Shown: piece after piece, positions 11,030 through 20,108 of the stretch
How positions within the stretch are numbered: the stretch's first letter is position 1
How the letters are laid out: every line of letters starts with the position of its first letter
IMG/VR virus record: IMGVR_UViG_3300042402_003181
Direction: 5' to 3' (one strand)
Length of the DNA stretch: 64,000 nucleotides
Source of the DNA: a virus
Program-made: the position numbers and the translations under genes
The notes under the pieces: generated by a model
Told to the model about the DNA's origin: nothing
Database searches by the model: none
What the model saw: the letters and a program-made list of their open reading frames with translations, nothing else

Positions 11030-11790
11030 TGGCAAGTTTAACTACATTATTTCCCGATAGTAGGTATTCTATTTCAATTGGTGGTGTAACACAGTTATCT
11101 GTATTGTATGTGTACAATACTAATACAACATCTGTTACAAACGGTGGCATTTGTTGCGGATGGACAGTGCCCACAGGCGCTACGTGGGCACTGTTTGACG
11201 TATGGGGAGGCGGCGGCAGCGGCGCCGGGGCATGTTGTTGTCAACAGCCTTTTCAAGCAGGAGCATCGGGATCATATACAAGAAAATATACTCGAGTAAA
11301 TCCTGGTGAGGTTTATACAATCTGTGCAGCCGGATCTGGATGTTGTTCAACAACGTGTTGTGGCGTATGTGGGTATCCGTCGTACGTATGTAATGCATCT
11401 GCAACGTATCCAGTATGTTTGTGTGCAAGCGGCGGATGTGGTGGTCAGTCTCAGTGCTTTATAGCTAATGGAGGATGCTATCCATCATTAAGTTGTGTAA
11501 CTGGTACAACGTGCGGCGGCTCATTAAGTATGTGTGGACATTTTGCAAGCGACCACGGCGGAGGTTCATGTGCATTTGAGCACTGGCATTATGTTCCAGG
11601 TGCTCCTTATAAATCAAGCGGTGTTCGAGTGTCACGTGACAGCTGCGGTCTGCTTAGTGGATGTCAGATGATGGGAGACACTCCTCCATTATTTCCAGCC
11701 GGCGCTGGAGCAACTTCATCAGTACATGGTGGCGCCTGTTGTTGGGGACAATGGGGAGCCGGTGGCATGATAAAAATAACATACAGATAA
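11029..11790 (+). CDS. Cys-rich/Gly-rich fibre-tip-like protein B (25 Cys in 253 aa)
   Basis: Paralogue of 9566-10342; TAATG stop/start coupling to the upstream gene. Confidence 0.75.
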   Translation: MASLTTLFPDSRYSISIGGVTQLSVLYVYNTNTTSVTNGGICCGWTVPTGATWALFDVWGGGGSGAGACCCQQPFQAGASGSYTRKYTRVNPGEVYTICAAGSGCCSTTCCGVCGYPSYVCNASATYPVCLCASGGCGGQSQCFIANGGCYPSLSCVTGTTCGGSLSMCGHFASDHGGGSCAFEHWHYVPGAPYKSSGVRVSRDSCGLLSGCQMMGDTPPLFPAGAGATSSVHGGACCWGQWGAGGMIKITYR

Positions 11791-11799
11791 AGGAATAAT

Positions 11800-12531
11800 A
11801 TGTCAAATTTAAGATCACTAGCATATACTGCAACAACTACCCTTGTACCAAATTACCCAATTGAACTATTAGTGTATAATACATCAATGTCAGGGGCAAA
11901 TGGCGGATGCTGCTGTTTATGGACAGCACCAGCTGGTACTACTAATATAATATTTGAATTATGGGGTGGAGGAGGCGGTGGCGGTATGGCATGTTGTTGT
12001 CAATACGGACCAGGCGGTGGCGCCGGTGGGTATGCGAAAAAAACAATTTCTGGTAAGTTAGCCGGTTGCCAATATACTATATGCGCTGCTAGCAGTACCG
12101 GATGTTCTCAATCACTAACAGGTTGTACTGGATCAACTTCGTATGTGACAGGATACGGCTTATCAAATTTCTGCGGTGCAGGGGGTAGCGGCGGATGTAC
12201 ACAATGTTTTGCATTTGGAAGTTGTTATATTTGTAATGTATCCGGATGTTGTGCAATAGCAACTGGTGGAGATGTGTGTGCTGCTGGTTATACTGGTTCG
12301 GCAATACAAAATACATTTTGTTATTTCAAATCACAGCAATTTTCTGCTCTTGCGGCATCAACCGGATCCGGTGCGTGGGCAGGACCGGGAGGTTGCGGAC
12401 CAATGGGGGGTGGTGGCACATGGACTCCGTATTTTCCAGGCGGCGGCGGATGGAACGCAAATGTTTCTGGAAACGTTTGCTGTTACGGCGGATGGGGCGC
12501 AGGCGGGCTAGTATCAATTACTTACGGATAA
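11800..12531 (+). CDS. Cys-rich/Gly-rich fibre-tip-like protein C (22 Cys in 243 aa)
   Basis: Paralogue of A and B; AAGGA RBS. Confidence 0.75.
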   Translation: MSNLRSLAYTATTTLVPNYPIELLVYNTSMSGANGGCCCLWTAPAGTTNIIFELWGGGGGGGMACCCQYGPGGGAGGYAKKTISGKLAGCQYTICAASSTGCSQSLTGCTGSTSYVTGYGLSNFCGAGGSGGCTQCFAFGSCYICNVSGCCAIATGGDVCAAGYTGSAIQNTFCYFKSQQFSALAASTGSGAWAGPGGCGPMGGGGTWTPYFPGGGGWNANVSGNVCCYGGWGAGGLVSITYG

Positions 12532-12535
12532 TAAT

Positions 12536-13183
12536 ATGAATAAAATTACACATACATTTACATACGACTTACCGGATGATTACTTAGCACAAACTAATAT
12601 ACTCGGTAAAGTTGCAACTTGGACATATAATGGTCCAGATAAAATTTGGATTTTTTTAGACAAAGAAACTAATAAAATTGTTGGAAATTTTTTAACTGAA
12701 GATGATAAAGGCGGAGAAATACCAGTTCCATTAGATCAATATCGAATAGAAATTGATCCTACAGTTGATCCAATTATAGCAACATTAGTTGGTGCAGATG
12801 AACTGCCCGATTATGCAACTTTAGAACAATATACCGAAGAATTGCCGTGTGGTAATACGTATACTCGTCCATTATGTCCACCACCTGACCATACATATGA
12901 ATTATTAGACATTACGTACGATGTTGAAAATTCTACGTTTGTAACTCCACTTCCGTGGAAACAACCACATATAACATGGGATGGTATTAGACAATGGCGG
13001 AATCATTTATTAGATGGTTCTGATTATAATGAATTGCCAGATATGCCAGCTGCGGTGTTATCTAACTGGGTAGCGTATCGACAAGGATTGCGTGATTTAC
13101 CGCAAACATACGGTGCGTCAAGTGGTTCAACTATTCCACCGGTTGATCCGTGGAAAATCCAACCAATTAATCCACCAAATTAA
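12536..13183 (+). CDS. Tail-fibre assembly chaperone-like protein B
   Basis: Paralogue of 10355-11029 (TFTYD..D.YL.QTN, PPDHTYEL..ITYD, PWKQPH..WD, YRQGLRDLP, DPWK). Confidence 0.75.
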   Translation: MNKITHTFTYDLPDDYLAQTNILGKVATWTYNGPDKIWIFLDKETNKIVGNFLTEDDKGGEIPVPLDQYRIEIDPTVDPIIATLVGADELPDYATLEQYTEELPCGNTYTRPLCPPPDHTYELLDITYDVENSTFVTPLPWKQPHITWDGIRQWRNHLLDGSDYNELPDMPAAVLSNWVAYRQGLRDLPQTYGASSGSTIPPVDPWKIQPINPPN

Positions 13184-13191
13184 CAGTCATT

Positions 13192-13219
13192 AAAAAAGGA
13201 GCTAATAGCTCCTTTTTTA
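13192..13219. terminator. Bidirectional rho-independent terminator between convergent operons
   Basis: aaaaaa-ggagct-aat-agctcc-ttttttt: perfect stem flanked by A and T tracts. Confidence 0.85.
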
Positions 13220-15022
13220 TTAGTTAGCAACTTTGATTATTTTTTGTAATTCTGGAAGATAAACATATTCAATTTTACTATGGTATAACGTATGCACTGC
13301 ATCGTCTAAAGTTTCTACTAAGGGATCTCCACCTAGATTAAAACTAGTGTTAAATAATATTGGAACTCCTGTCTTTTCATAAAAGTCATTAATTAAATTG
13401 TAATAATGATAATTTTGTTCAGAAGTTACTGTTTGAATTCTGCAAGTATCATCAACATGAATAATACTTGGAATTTTTTCTTTAACACCCGGTTGGCAAT
13501 TTACAGCATACATCATATAAGGACTGTCTTCCATTCCTTTTAAATCAAACCATTCATGAACATGCTCTTGTAAGATTGAACCGGCAAACGGTCTAAAGTA
13601 TTCTCTGTTTTTAATTTGATTAACAAAGTCTTTTCCATCTTCATATGTTGGATTAAACATTAATGATCTGTTACCTAATGCACGAGGTCCATTTTCAGAT
13701 CTTCCTTGGAACATTGCAACGATATTTTTATTTAAAAGCAAATCAACTACTGTACTATTATCGGCATCTAATATTTCAGCTCCATACCAGTTAACATATT
13801 TTTGCAAATCGTCATCTGTATAATTGTATTCAAATCCAAGATATAATCTGTTTTTAGTATGATCAACATGCATGTGAGGATATTTTCTGTTAAACACTAA
13901 TAATGCTGCACCTATTGCAGTTCCTGCATCATTACTAATTGGTTCAACATATAATTTAATACCTTCTTCTGCTAATTGGTCTAAGTATGAATAATTTGCT
14001 ACGCAATTTAATCCATAACCCCCACTTAACACTACTTGCTTTTGACCAGTTTTCTTAACAGCTGATCGAATTAAATCTAATACTTGCTGTTGTGTTTCAG
14101 ACTGGCATGCCCATGCTAAATCTCTTCTATTATCATTTAATGTAACATCAGTTTCTGGCAAATCATTAAGATAATCGTACAACATATAGTTTACAGATGC
14201 GCCATTTGGATATGTTGGAACAATAATATTTCTATTTGCTAATGCTGCAATAGAAGTATCATCAAATAATTTAGGAATTTTATCAGTTGCTTTACCATAC
14301 GGAGCTAATCCCATAGTTTTACCAGCTTCAATAGATGACCATCCGCAATATTGTGTTACTGCTTCATAAACTTTTGTAATGCCTGCTCGATCAGTAATTA
14401 ATGCTTCATGGGTAGATTCCGGTTCTTCATACATTCCGCTATCAAACTCTGTAACTAATGCACCTGGTAACGGACCTCTAACACCAATATGTTTATACAC
14501 AGTTTTAAACCATGTAGGATATGCACAGTCAAAAACTGATTCAGTTTCCCAACCAGTCATTTGTTCACCATTGTTTGAAGTTAATGTAATAAACGTACCT
14601 GCACCGTCTACAATTACTGCAGTTGCTTCTCTAAATCCAGATCTATAAAATGCACATGCAGCATGCAATTTATGATGATAATGACTTAGATCAATCACTT
14701 GAGGGTGTTGATACATATTCTCAGTACGACTAATTAATCCTAACTTTCTTGCAAGACCAGTATAAATATCTTCACCAGTAAAATCAACTCTTCCAGCAGT
14801 ATCTGATAATTTTTGAGTATGTGCAATTACAATAAAATCTAATCTATCGGTATAATCTAAAATTTTTAAAAATGCAGCAAACGGCCCGCCGTCATACTTA
14901 TTACGACTAACTCGTTCTTCTTCAATACTAAAAACAATTTCACCGTTTTTAGTTAAGCATACACTACTATTATGTCCTCTAGCGATGCCTGCAATCCAAA
15001 TATCTTTGTTTATTAAATTCAT
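13220..15022 (-). CDS. Carbamoyltransferase, NodU/CmcH/TobZ family (full length: Kae1-like N-domain plus YrdC-like C-domain)
   Basis: GHNSSVCL...FSIEEERVSRNK, HHKLHAACAFY, VIVDGAG, GKTMGLAPYG, SGGYGLNC, GRSENGPRALGNRS, KNREYFRPFA, HVDDTCRIQTV, NTSFNLGG motifs. Confidence 0.93.
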   Translation of the reverse strand: MNLINKDIWIAGIARGHNSSVCLTKNGEIVFSIEEERVSRNKYDGGPFAAFLKILDYTDRLDFIVIAHTQKLSDTAGRVDFTGEDIYTGLARKLGLISRTENMYQHPQVIDLSHYHHKLHAACAFYRSGFREATAVIVDGAGTFITLTSNNGEQMTGWETESVFDCAYPTWFKTVYKHIGVRGPLPGALVTEFDSGMYEEPESTHEALITDRAGITKVYEAVTQYCGWSSIEAGKTMGLAPYGKATDKIPKLFDDTSIAALANRNIIVPTYPNGASVNYMLYDYLNDLPETDVTLNDNRRDLAWACQSETQQQVLDLIRSAVKKTGQKQVVLSGGYGLNCVANYSYLDQLAEEGIKLYVEPISNDAGTAIGAALLVFNRKYPHMHVDHTKNRLYLGFEYNYTDDDLQKYVNWYGAEILDADNSTVVDLLLNKNIVAMFQGRSENGPRALGNRSLMFNPTYEDGKDFVNQIKNREYFRPFAGSILQEHVHEWFDLKGMEDSPYMMYAVNCQPGVKEKIPSIIHVDDTCRIQTVTSEQNYHYYNLINDFYEKTGVPILFNTSFNLGGDPLVETLDDAVHTLYHSKIEYVYLPELQKIIKVAN

Positions 15023-15025
15023 TTT

Positions 15026-15943
15026 TTAAAATCCTTGCGGTGATCCGGGCCACGTTAATTTAGCAGCTTCGGGTGGAAATTTTTCTTTATTTGCAAGTGA
15101 AAAATCAAATGCATATCGATTAGTTCTATATTTTTGGTGTTGCTGATCAATGTAGTCAACTAATAAACCTACAGAATTAAAAAAGTTTTCTGATAACGAT
15201 ATTTTTTCTGATAATTCACTTTTTAACCATAACAAATGTTGCCTTGCTGACGGGTGTAAGTCAGGAAATTTAGAACCATCGGATGCAACGAACTCATAAG
15301 TTAATTCTAAGCAGGTTTGACAAAATTCTTCAAATGGCATTAACCAATGATCTTTGTGATCTTCCCATATTGGTTTTTCATATACCTGTAAATCAGGTAA
15401 AATTGCCCATCCAACGTACCCTGTTGCATGTTTAAGAGCGTTTTTAGTTAACTCAGTTTTTTCACCATAATCTTCTTTATCTCTCATATTAGAACCTAAA
15501 TTACGAATATCACTAATACTTGTCATATACCATTGGCATCCTGTTGATTTTAGTAACCCTTGAGTCATTGAAATAAAGTTTAAAGTATGCATAAAATATG
15601 CAGGTTCGTAAAAAAACGTGTTAACCCATTTTTTATCATATAATTTTACATTATGATAATTGAAGATACTACCGTATGTTTTCCAGCCGTCAACTCGTTC
15701 TGGCATACTTTCTTGATGCCACCAATCGTTTCTTAAATGAGATGACCATTGGACAATTACAATATCATCTTTTGTAAATTGAAATTTAGCATTTGCTTCT
15801 GAAATTCGTTCAGCAATTGCTTGGTTTCCAATACCGGATAACCCCCAATTATGCACTTCGTCAAATTCTAAGTCTAAAAAATTAGCCCATGTAGGCCAGG
15901 AGTAGCAAGTATAACTACATCCAAATGCAAATATTCTTTTCAT
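15026..15943 (-). CDS. SGNH/GDSL-like protein (putative esterase/acyltransferase); start likely MKRIFAFG at 15943
   Basis: FGCSYT block I-like, G.SG.GN block II-like and C-terminal DLHP motif; ATG 1 nt after upstream stop. Confidence 0.55.
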   Translation of the reverse strand: MKRIFAFGCSYTCYSWPTWANFLDLEFDEVHNWGLSGIGNQAIAERISEANAKFQFTKDDIVIVQWSSHLRNDWWHQESMPERVDGWKTYGSIFNYHNVKLYDKKWVNTFFYEPAYFMHTLNFISMTQGLLKSTGCQWYMTSISDIRNLGSNMRDKEDYGEKTELTKNALKHATGYVGWAILPDLQVYEKPIWEDHKDHWLMPFEEFCQTCLELTYEFVASDGSKFPDLHPSARQHLLWLKSELSEKISLSENFFNSVGLLVDYIDQQHQKYRTNRYAFDFSLANKEKFPPEAAKLTWPGSPQGF

Positions 15944-15944
15944 A

Positions 15945-16952
15945 TTATTTTGGGCAGCAAGCTGAAGTTGGAGCAGCAGATGATTCAATTGCTACTGTTG
16001 TATTAACTGGATTTTTAAATTTTCTACTACCTTTTATTACAGAATCAACAATTGCATCTTCAATTTTATCATTCATTATCATAATACCGTCATTACCTCG
16101 ATCAGCAACTTCATCCATTGTTATTCTAATCGGACTGTATCGTCTAATATCTCCACCCATATCTAAAACATCAAACTTATCATAATCCGGATAGGAAACG
16201 TTAATTGAGAATGTTGATCCTACTACAATAGTAGCTGGTTTATCTAACGAATATGCTAAATGTTGTCCTACAGAATCACAACCTAAGAAGTAGTCTGCAT
16301 TTGCAATAATGCCTGCCCATTTACGTAGATCAATGTTTTGTGGCATTGCAACTACGTCTTTACAACCATGTTTAGCAAATTCAATACCAAATTCTGCCAT
16401 TACTACTACTGCAAAATTTTTCTGTAATTTTTTAACAATATTCAGTAAATGAGTACTTTCAAAACTACGTCCAGATGCATCATATATAACACCGTCCTTG
16501 TTAGTTACGCCACGACCAAATGGTTGAAACACAACTACTTTGTCTTTTTTAGTTTTTTCTTTAACTTCTTTAATTGCAAAATAACCTGTAAGCATTTCGT
16601 CATTTGATAACCGCATTGTTGGTTTTTGTAATGTTCTAACGCCTTTATTGTTAATTGCAATATCATATGCTTGCGCAATTGAACATTTTTGATTATAATA
16701 TTCCCAAATACGATATGGTTCTGGAGATACTAAATCCATATTAATAAGTTTATCTTCAAATAAATTTTTGTGCCAATGATCGTACGCACGTTCGTGTAAT
16801 AACGGATGGCCTTTATAAAAGTCAGTGCCGCCTTCGCATACTATAATAAAATCTTTACTAACTTCTTCTGCGTATTTTTCTAATGCTGGTATAGAACAGA
16901 TTACTCTACCTGCTCCTCCATTGATAAAAAACGCTTTTGCTCTTTCTGTCAT
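15945..16952 (-). CDS. GT-B glycosyltransferase, GT9 (heptosyltransferase)-like
   Basis: N-terminal GGAGRVICSIPAL and C-terminal IIANADYFLGCDSVGQHLAYSLDKPATIVVGST match the GT9 D.G..HLA.AL..P...G.T pattern; AAGGAG RBS. Confidence 0.7.
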   Translation of the reverse strand: MTERAKAFFINGGAGRVICSIPALEKYAEEVSKDFIIVCEGGTDFYKGHPLLHERAYDHWHKNLFEDKLINMDLVSPEPYRIWEYYNQKCSIAQAYDIAINNKGVRTLQKPTMRLSNDEMLTGYFAIKEVKEKTKKDKVVVFQPFGRGVTNKDGVIYDASGRSFESTHLLNIVKKLQKNFAVVVMAEFGIEFAKHGCKDVVAMPQNIDLRKWAGIIANADYFLGCDSVGQHLAYSLDKPATIVVGSTFSINVSYPDYDKFDVLDMGGDIRRYSPIRITMDEVADRGNDGIMIMNDKIEDAIVDSVIKGSRKFKNPVNTTVAIESSAAPTSACCPK

Positions 16953-16981
16953 GTGTACTCCTTATTTTTGATTACTATAGT

Positions 16982-17010
16982 ATTTTAGCAGAAAACAAAC
17001 CATAAGTCAA
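16982..17010 (-). promoter_or_regulatory. sigma70-type promoter for the minus-strand modification cassette
   Basis: Minus strand TTGACT-17 nt-TAAAAT with TG extended -10. Confidence 0.65.
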
Positions 17011-17023
17011 TAGTTTTGAGTTA

Positions 17024-17031
17024 GATAAATA
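17024..17031 (+). promoter_or_regulatory. T4-type late promoter (GATAAATA)
   Basis: Variant of TATAAATA upstream of the 17050 structural gene; motif recurs before many structural genes. Confidence 0.6.
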
Positions 17032-17049
17032 TACAAAACGAGAACTATT

Positions 17050-18657
17050 ATGACAGATTTTTTAAGAGGTCCAAACAACACATTTCGATTAAATCATCGG
17101 TATCCATCTTTTGGTAGACCATGGACGCGAGTGTATGCCGATACGTTAATTGACAGTTGGTTTGTTGGCGATTTTTCAAGTGCTAACTACCTCATCACTG
17201 TGGAATTTGATTCAAATCAGAAAGAAACAATGCAGGTATTAGTAATAGCACGACCGGAACATGCAAGTTTTACAATCTACGGTCGTACAAGTATACAAGA
17301 CGAACTTATAACCTTATCAGCTACTGTAACAGCTAGTAAATTATATTTAACTGCGTCTTCTGCAAGTAGTGCATTTGACGGAGCAAAAGTAATTTTTACA
17401 GCAACTTATGCCGAAACAATTAGTCAACTTGGTAAACCTACTGTAGTTCCTGGAACATCGTCCGGCGGAAGTGCGTTAGATCCGATTGATAATGCTCATT
17501 CATTTGGAACTATTGCAGTACTTTCGCAAGAAAATGTAACAGCAGCTGCAGCATCTGATGAAATCACATTTTTAACTGGTAACGGTATTAATATTACTAC
17601 TAATAATACATCAAAGTCAATAACATTTAGTTCAGTTGTTGATCTTTTTAAAACTGTTACTGTTGGTAGTACAGTTATAACCGCATCAGATCCAAATGAT
17701 TCTATAAGATTTTCTGCAAGTAACGGCGTTGCAATAACTGCATCTACATTAACTAATACAATTTCATTATCAGCTACAGGTATACTAAGTAGTTTAGATG
17801 TGTCTGGTGATAGTACACTTAATACGTTAACTGTTTCCGGAAATACTATATTATCAAATTTAACAGTTAATGGTAATTTAATAATTAACGGGTCTACTAC
17901 ATCTGTAAATTCTACTGCATTAACTATTGCTGATTACAATATTACATTAGCACAAGGTGCAACAACATCTCAACTTGCAAATGGATCAGGTATTACTATT
18001 GCAGGCGCTCTTGCATCATTGAACTGGGATCATTCTACATCAAGTTGGCAATCAAATAAGATCATTACACCATCAGTAAACAATGCGCTAACATTAGGCA
18101 CATCTGGAATGTTATGGCAGAATGTATATGCTACTACATTAACTGGTACATTAGCTGCCGGAGCTCAACCTAATATTACTGCGTTAGGTTCATTGAGTAC
18201 ACTAACTGTAAATGGATTAGCATCATTTAATGGGACATCAACATTTACCGGCAGTGTATCTGCAGCTACAGTATCAGTTAGTGGAATATTAGATGTAACT
18301 TCAACAAGAGAAACTGTAGTTGATGTTACTAGTGCATCGACTGTTAATTACGATTATGCAGCATCATCAATATTTTATCATTCTACTAGTCCAGCTGTAG
18401 ATTGGATTGCAAATTTTGCAAATTTACCTAATACAGTAAATGGTAAATCGATTACACTTAATATTATTGTGCCACAAGGCAGTACTGCTTATAAAATTTC
18501 ATCGGTTACAATAGCCGGCGTATCGCAAACAATATTATGGTCGGGATCTTCATTGCCAGCTGGCACTGCAAGTAAAACTGATATATGGGCTTTTACATTT
18601 ATAAGACGAAGTAATGCATGGACATTGTTTGGTTCACGTTCGGCAAATTTTGGATAA
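17050..18657 (+). CDS. Tail fibre-like structural protein (535 aa)
   Basis: S/T-rich beta repeats; D.NITLA.G...A.G.GITI.G fibre motif; QPNITALGSL motif; C-terminal W.G...P....KTDIWAFTF domain. Confidence 0.7.
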   Translation: MTDFLRGPNNTFRLNHRYPSFGRPWTRVYADTLIDSWFVGDFSSANYLITVEFDSNQKETMQVLVIARPEHASFTIYGRTSIQDELITLSATVTASKLYLTASSASSAFDGAKVIFTATYAETISQLGKPTVVPGTSSGGSALDPIDNAHSFGTIAVLSQENVTAAAASDEITFLTGNGINITTNNTSKSITFSSVVDLFKTVTVGSTVITASDPNDSIRFSASNGVAITASTLTNTISLSATGILSSLDVSGDSTLNTLTVSGNTILSNLTVNGNLIINGSTTSVNSTALTIADYNITLAQGATTSQLANGSGITIAGALASLNWDHSTSSWQSNKIITPSVNNALTLGTSGMLWQNVYATTLTGTLAAGAQPNITALGSLSTLTVNGLASFNGTSTFTGSVSAATVSVSGILDVTSTRETVVDVTSASTVNYDYAASSIFYHSTSPAVDWIANFANLPNTVNGKSITLNIIVPQGSTAYKISSVTIAGVSQTILWSGSSLPAGTASKTDIWAFTFIRRSNAWTLFGSRSANFG

Positions 18658-18660
18658 ACT

Positions 18661-19467
18661 ATGACATTATTGTGTTCATTAAAATCAACTACGTTTTGGG
18701 TTTCTACTACTGGTTCGTTACCGTCTGCTGTTGGCCAACAGGCATATGCATCTGCCGGCACGTATTTTTGGACAGCGCCAATTGGCGTTACATCTGTATG
18801 TGTTGTGTGTGTCGGGGGCGGTGGCGGTGGAGGGTACGGTAATTCTGCTAATTGGAATGGGTCTGCAGGCGGCAATTTAAGATATGCTAACAATATACCA
18901 GTAGTTCCAGGTAATGCGTATACTGTTGTAGTCGGCGCAGGCGGAACTAACTACTTAACTACTGGTAACCCAAACGGAGGAGCTGGTGGTACTAGTTCAT
19001 TCAACGTATCATCTGTAATAGCAACTGGCGGTGGCGGTGGTGGAGCAGTAGCCGGTGTTTCAACATCTTCCGGTAACGTTGGATTCGGCGGTAATGGCGG
19101 TAATGGACTTGTAACTGTTGACGGCGGTGGTGGAGGGGCAGGCGGTTATTCCGGTAACGGCGGTGCCGGTGGCTCGGTTGCCCCTCCGGGAGGAGGCGGC
19201 GCAGGTGGTCGAAACGGGAGCGGTGGCCCAGGTGGGGGTGGGGTTGGAATTTACGGCGAAGGCCCGTCGGGGTCAGTTACAGGCGGCGGAGGGTCAGGCG
19301 GCGGTTCTACAGTCGACGGAAGCGGAGGCGGATCGTATCAAGCAGGCGGCTTGTTTGGTGGAGGCGGCGGTTCTGGATACAGCGGCGGACCAGGCGCAAG
19401 CGGCGCAGTTAGAATAATTTGGGGACCAAACAGATCATTCCCTTCAACTAATACTGGTAATTTATAA
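18661..19467 (+). CDS. Glycine-rich fibre-tip/adhesin-like protein (gp38-like polyglycine domain)
   Basis: WTAP.GVTSV.VV.VGGGGGG, VVPG..YTVVVGAGG, GASGAVRIIW framework; very Gly-rich. Confidence 0.75.
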   Translation: MTLLCSLKSTTFWVSTTGSLPSAVGQQAYASAGTYFWTAPIGVTSVCVVCVGGGGGGGYGNSANWNGSAGGNLRYANNIPVVPGNAYTVVVGAGGTNYLTTGNPNGGAGGTSSFNVSSVIATGGGGGGAVAGVSTSSGNVGFGGNGGNGLVTVDGGGGGAGGYSGNGGAGGSVAPPGGGGAGGRNGSGGPGGGGVGIYGEGPSGSVTGGGGSGGGSTVDGSGGGSYQAGGLFGGGGGSGYSGGPGASGAVRIIWGPNRSFPSTNTGNL

Positions 19468-19482
19468 CAACATGGAAAAAAT

Positions 19483-20097
19483 ATGTCAATAAGTCAAAAA
19501 CCTTTACGCTCTGAATTAGGATTTGTAAGTCCTGGTTTTGCAGTCGATGTATACGGAAATGTTAACATTGCCGGTGCATTTAAAATAAACGGTGTGTCTA
19601 TATCATCGTCATCTGGTACATTACCAAGCATGTATGTAAACAGTAGTTTAACAAGAGTAGGTACATTAACACAATTAACAGTTAACGGGAACACATCGGT
19701 ATCTGGCGGTACATTATCTGTATCATCGACTGGAACAGTTAGTATAACTGCAGGCACGACTGGAACCTTAAATAATATTACAATTGGTAACAATGTTGCA
19801 GCAGCTGGATCATTTACAGATTTAGCAGCTGACAATGCATCTTTTACTGCGTTAACTACATTAACTTTATCAGCAACGAGTGTATCAGCAACTAATCTAA
19901 CAAATACAGGAACGTTAAATATCAATCCCACTACTGTAGGTGCAATTAATCATGTAAATATAGGGTATACAACTCCTGGTACAGGAAAATTTACCACCTT
20001 ATCAATTACAACAACTCCATCTAATAACACAGATGCAACAACAAAACAATATGTCGATACAAGAATTTCAGCAATGGCTATTGCTCTTGGATCATAA
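19483..20097 (+). CDS. Fibre-associated structural protein (204 aa)
   Basis: S/T-rich; C-terminal DATTKQYVD...AMAIALG motif typical of phage fibre proteins. Confidence 0.65.
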   Translation: MSISQKPLRSELGFVSPGFAVDVYGNVNIAGAFKINGVSISSSSGTLPSMYVNSSLTRVGTLTQLTVNGNTSVSGGTLSVSSTGTVSITAGTTGTLNNITIGNNVAAAGSFTDLAADNASFTALTTLTLSATSVSATNLTNTGTLNINPTTVGAINHVNIGYTTPGTGKFTTLSITTTPSNNTDATTKQYVDTRISAMAIALGS

Positions 20098-20108
20098 CGG
20101 AGATATAA

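Noticed and set aside
9566-12531. Cys-rich genes as RiPP precursors, metallothioneins or selenoproteins
   Set aside because: They are about 250 aa with a Gly-rich structural framework and chaperone neighbours; no radical SAM/YcaO/lanthipeptide enzymes nearby and no in-frame TGA.
9566-19467. Diversity-generating retroelement acting on fibre tips
   Set aside because: No reverse transcriptase and no near-identical template/variable repeat pair differing at adenines was seen; paralogues are diverged throughout.
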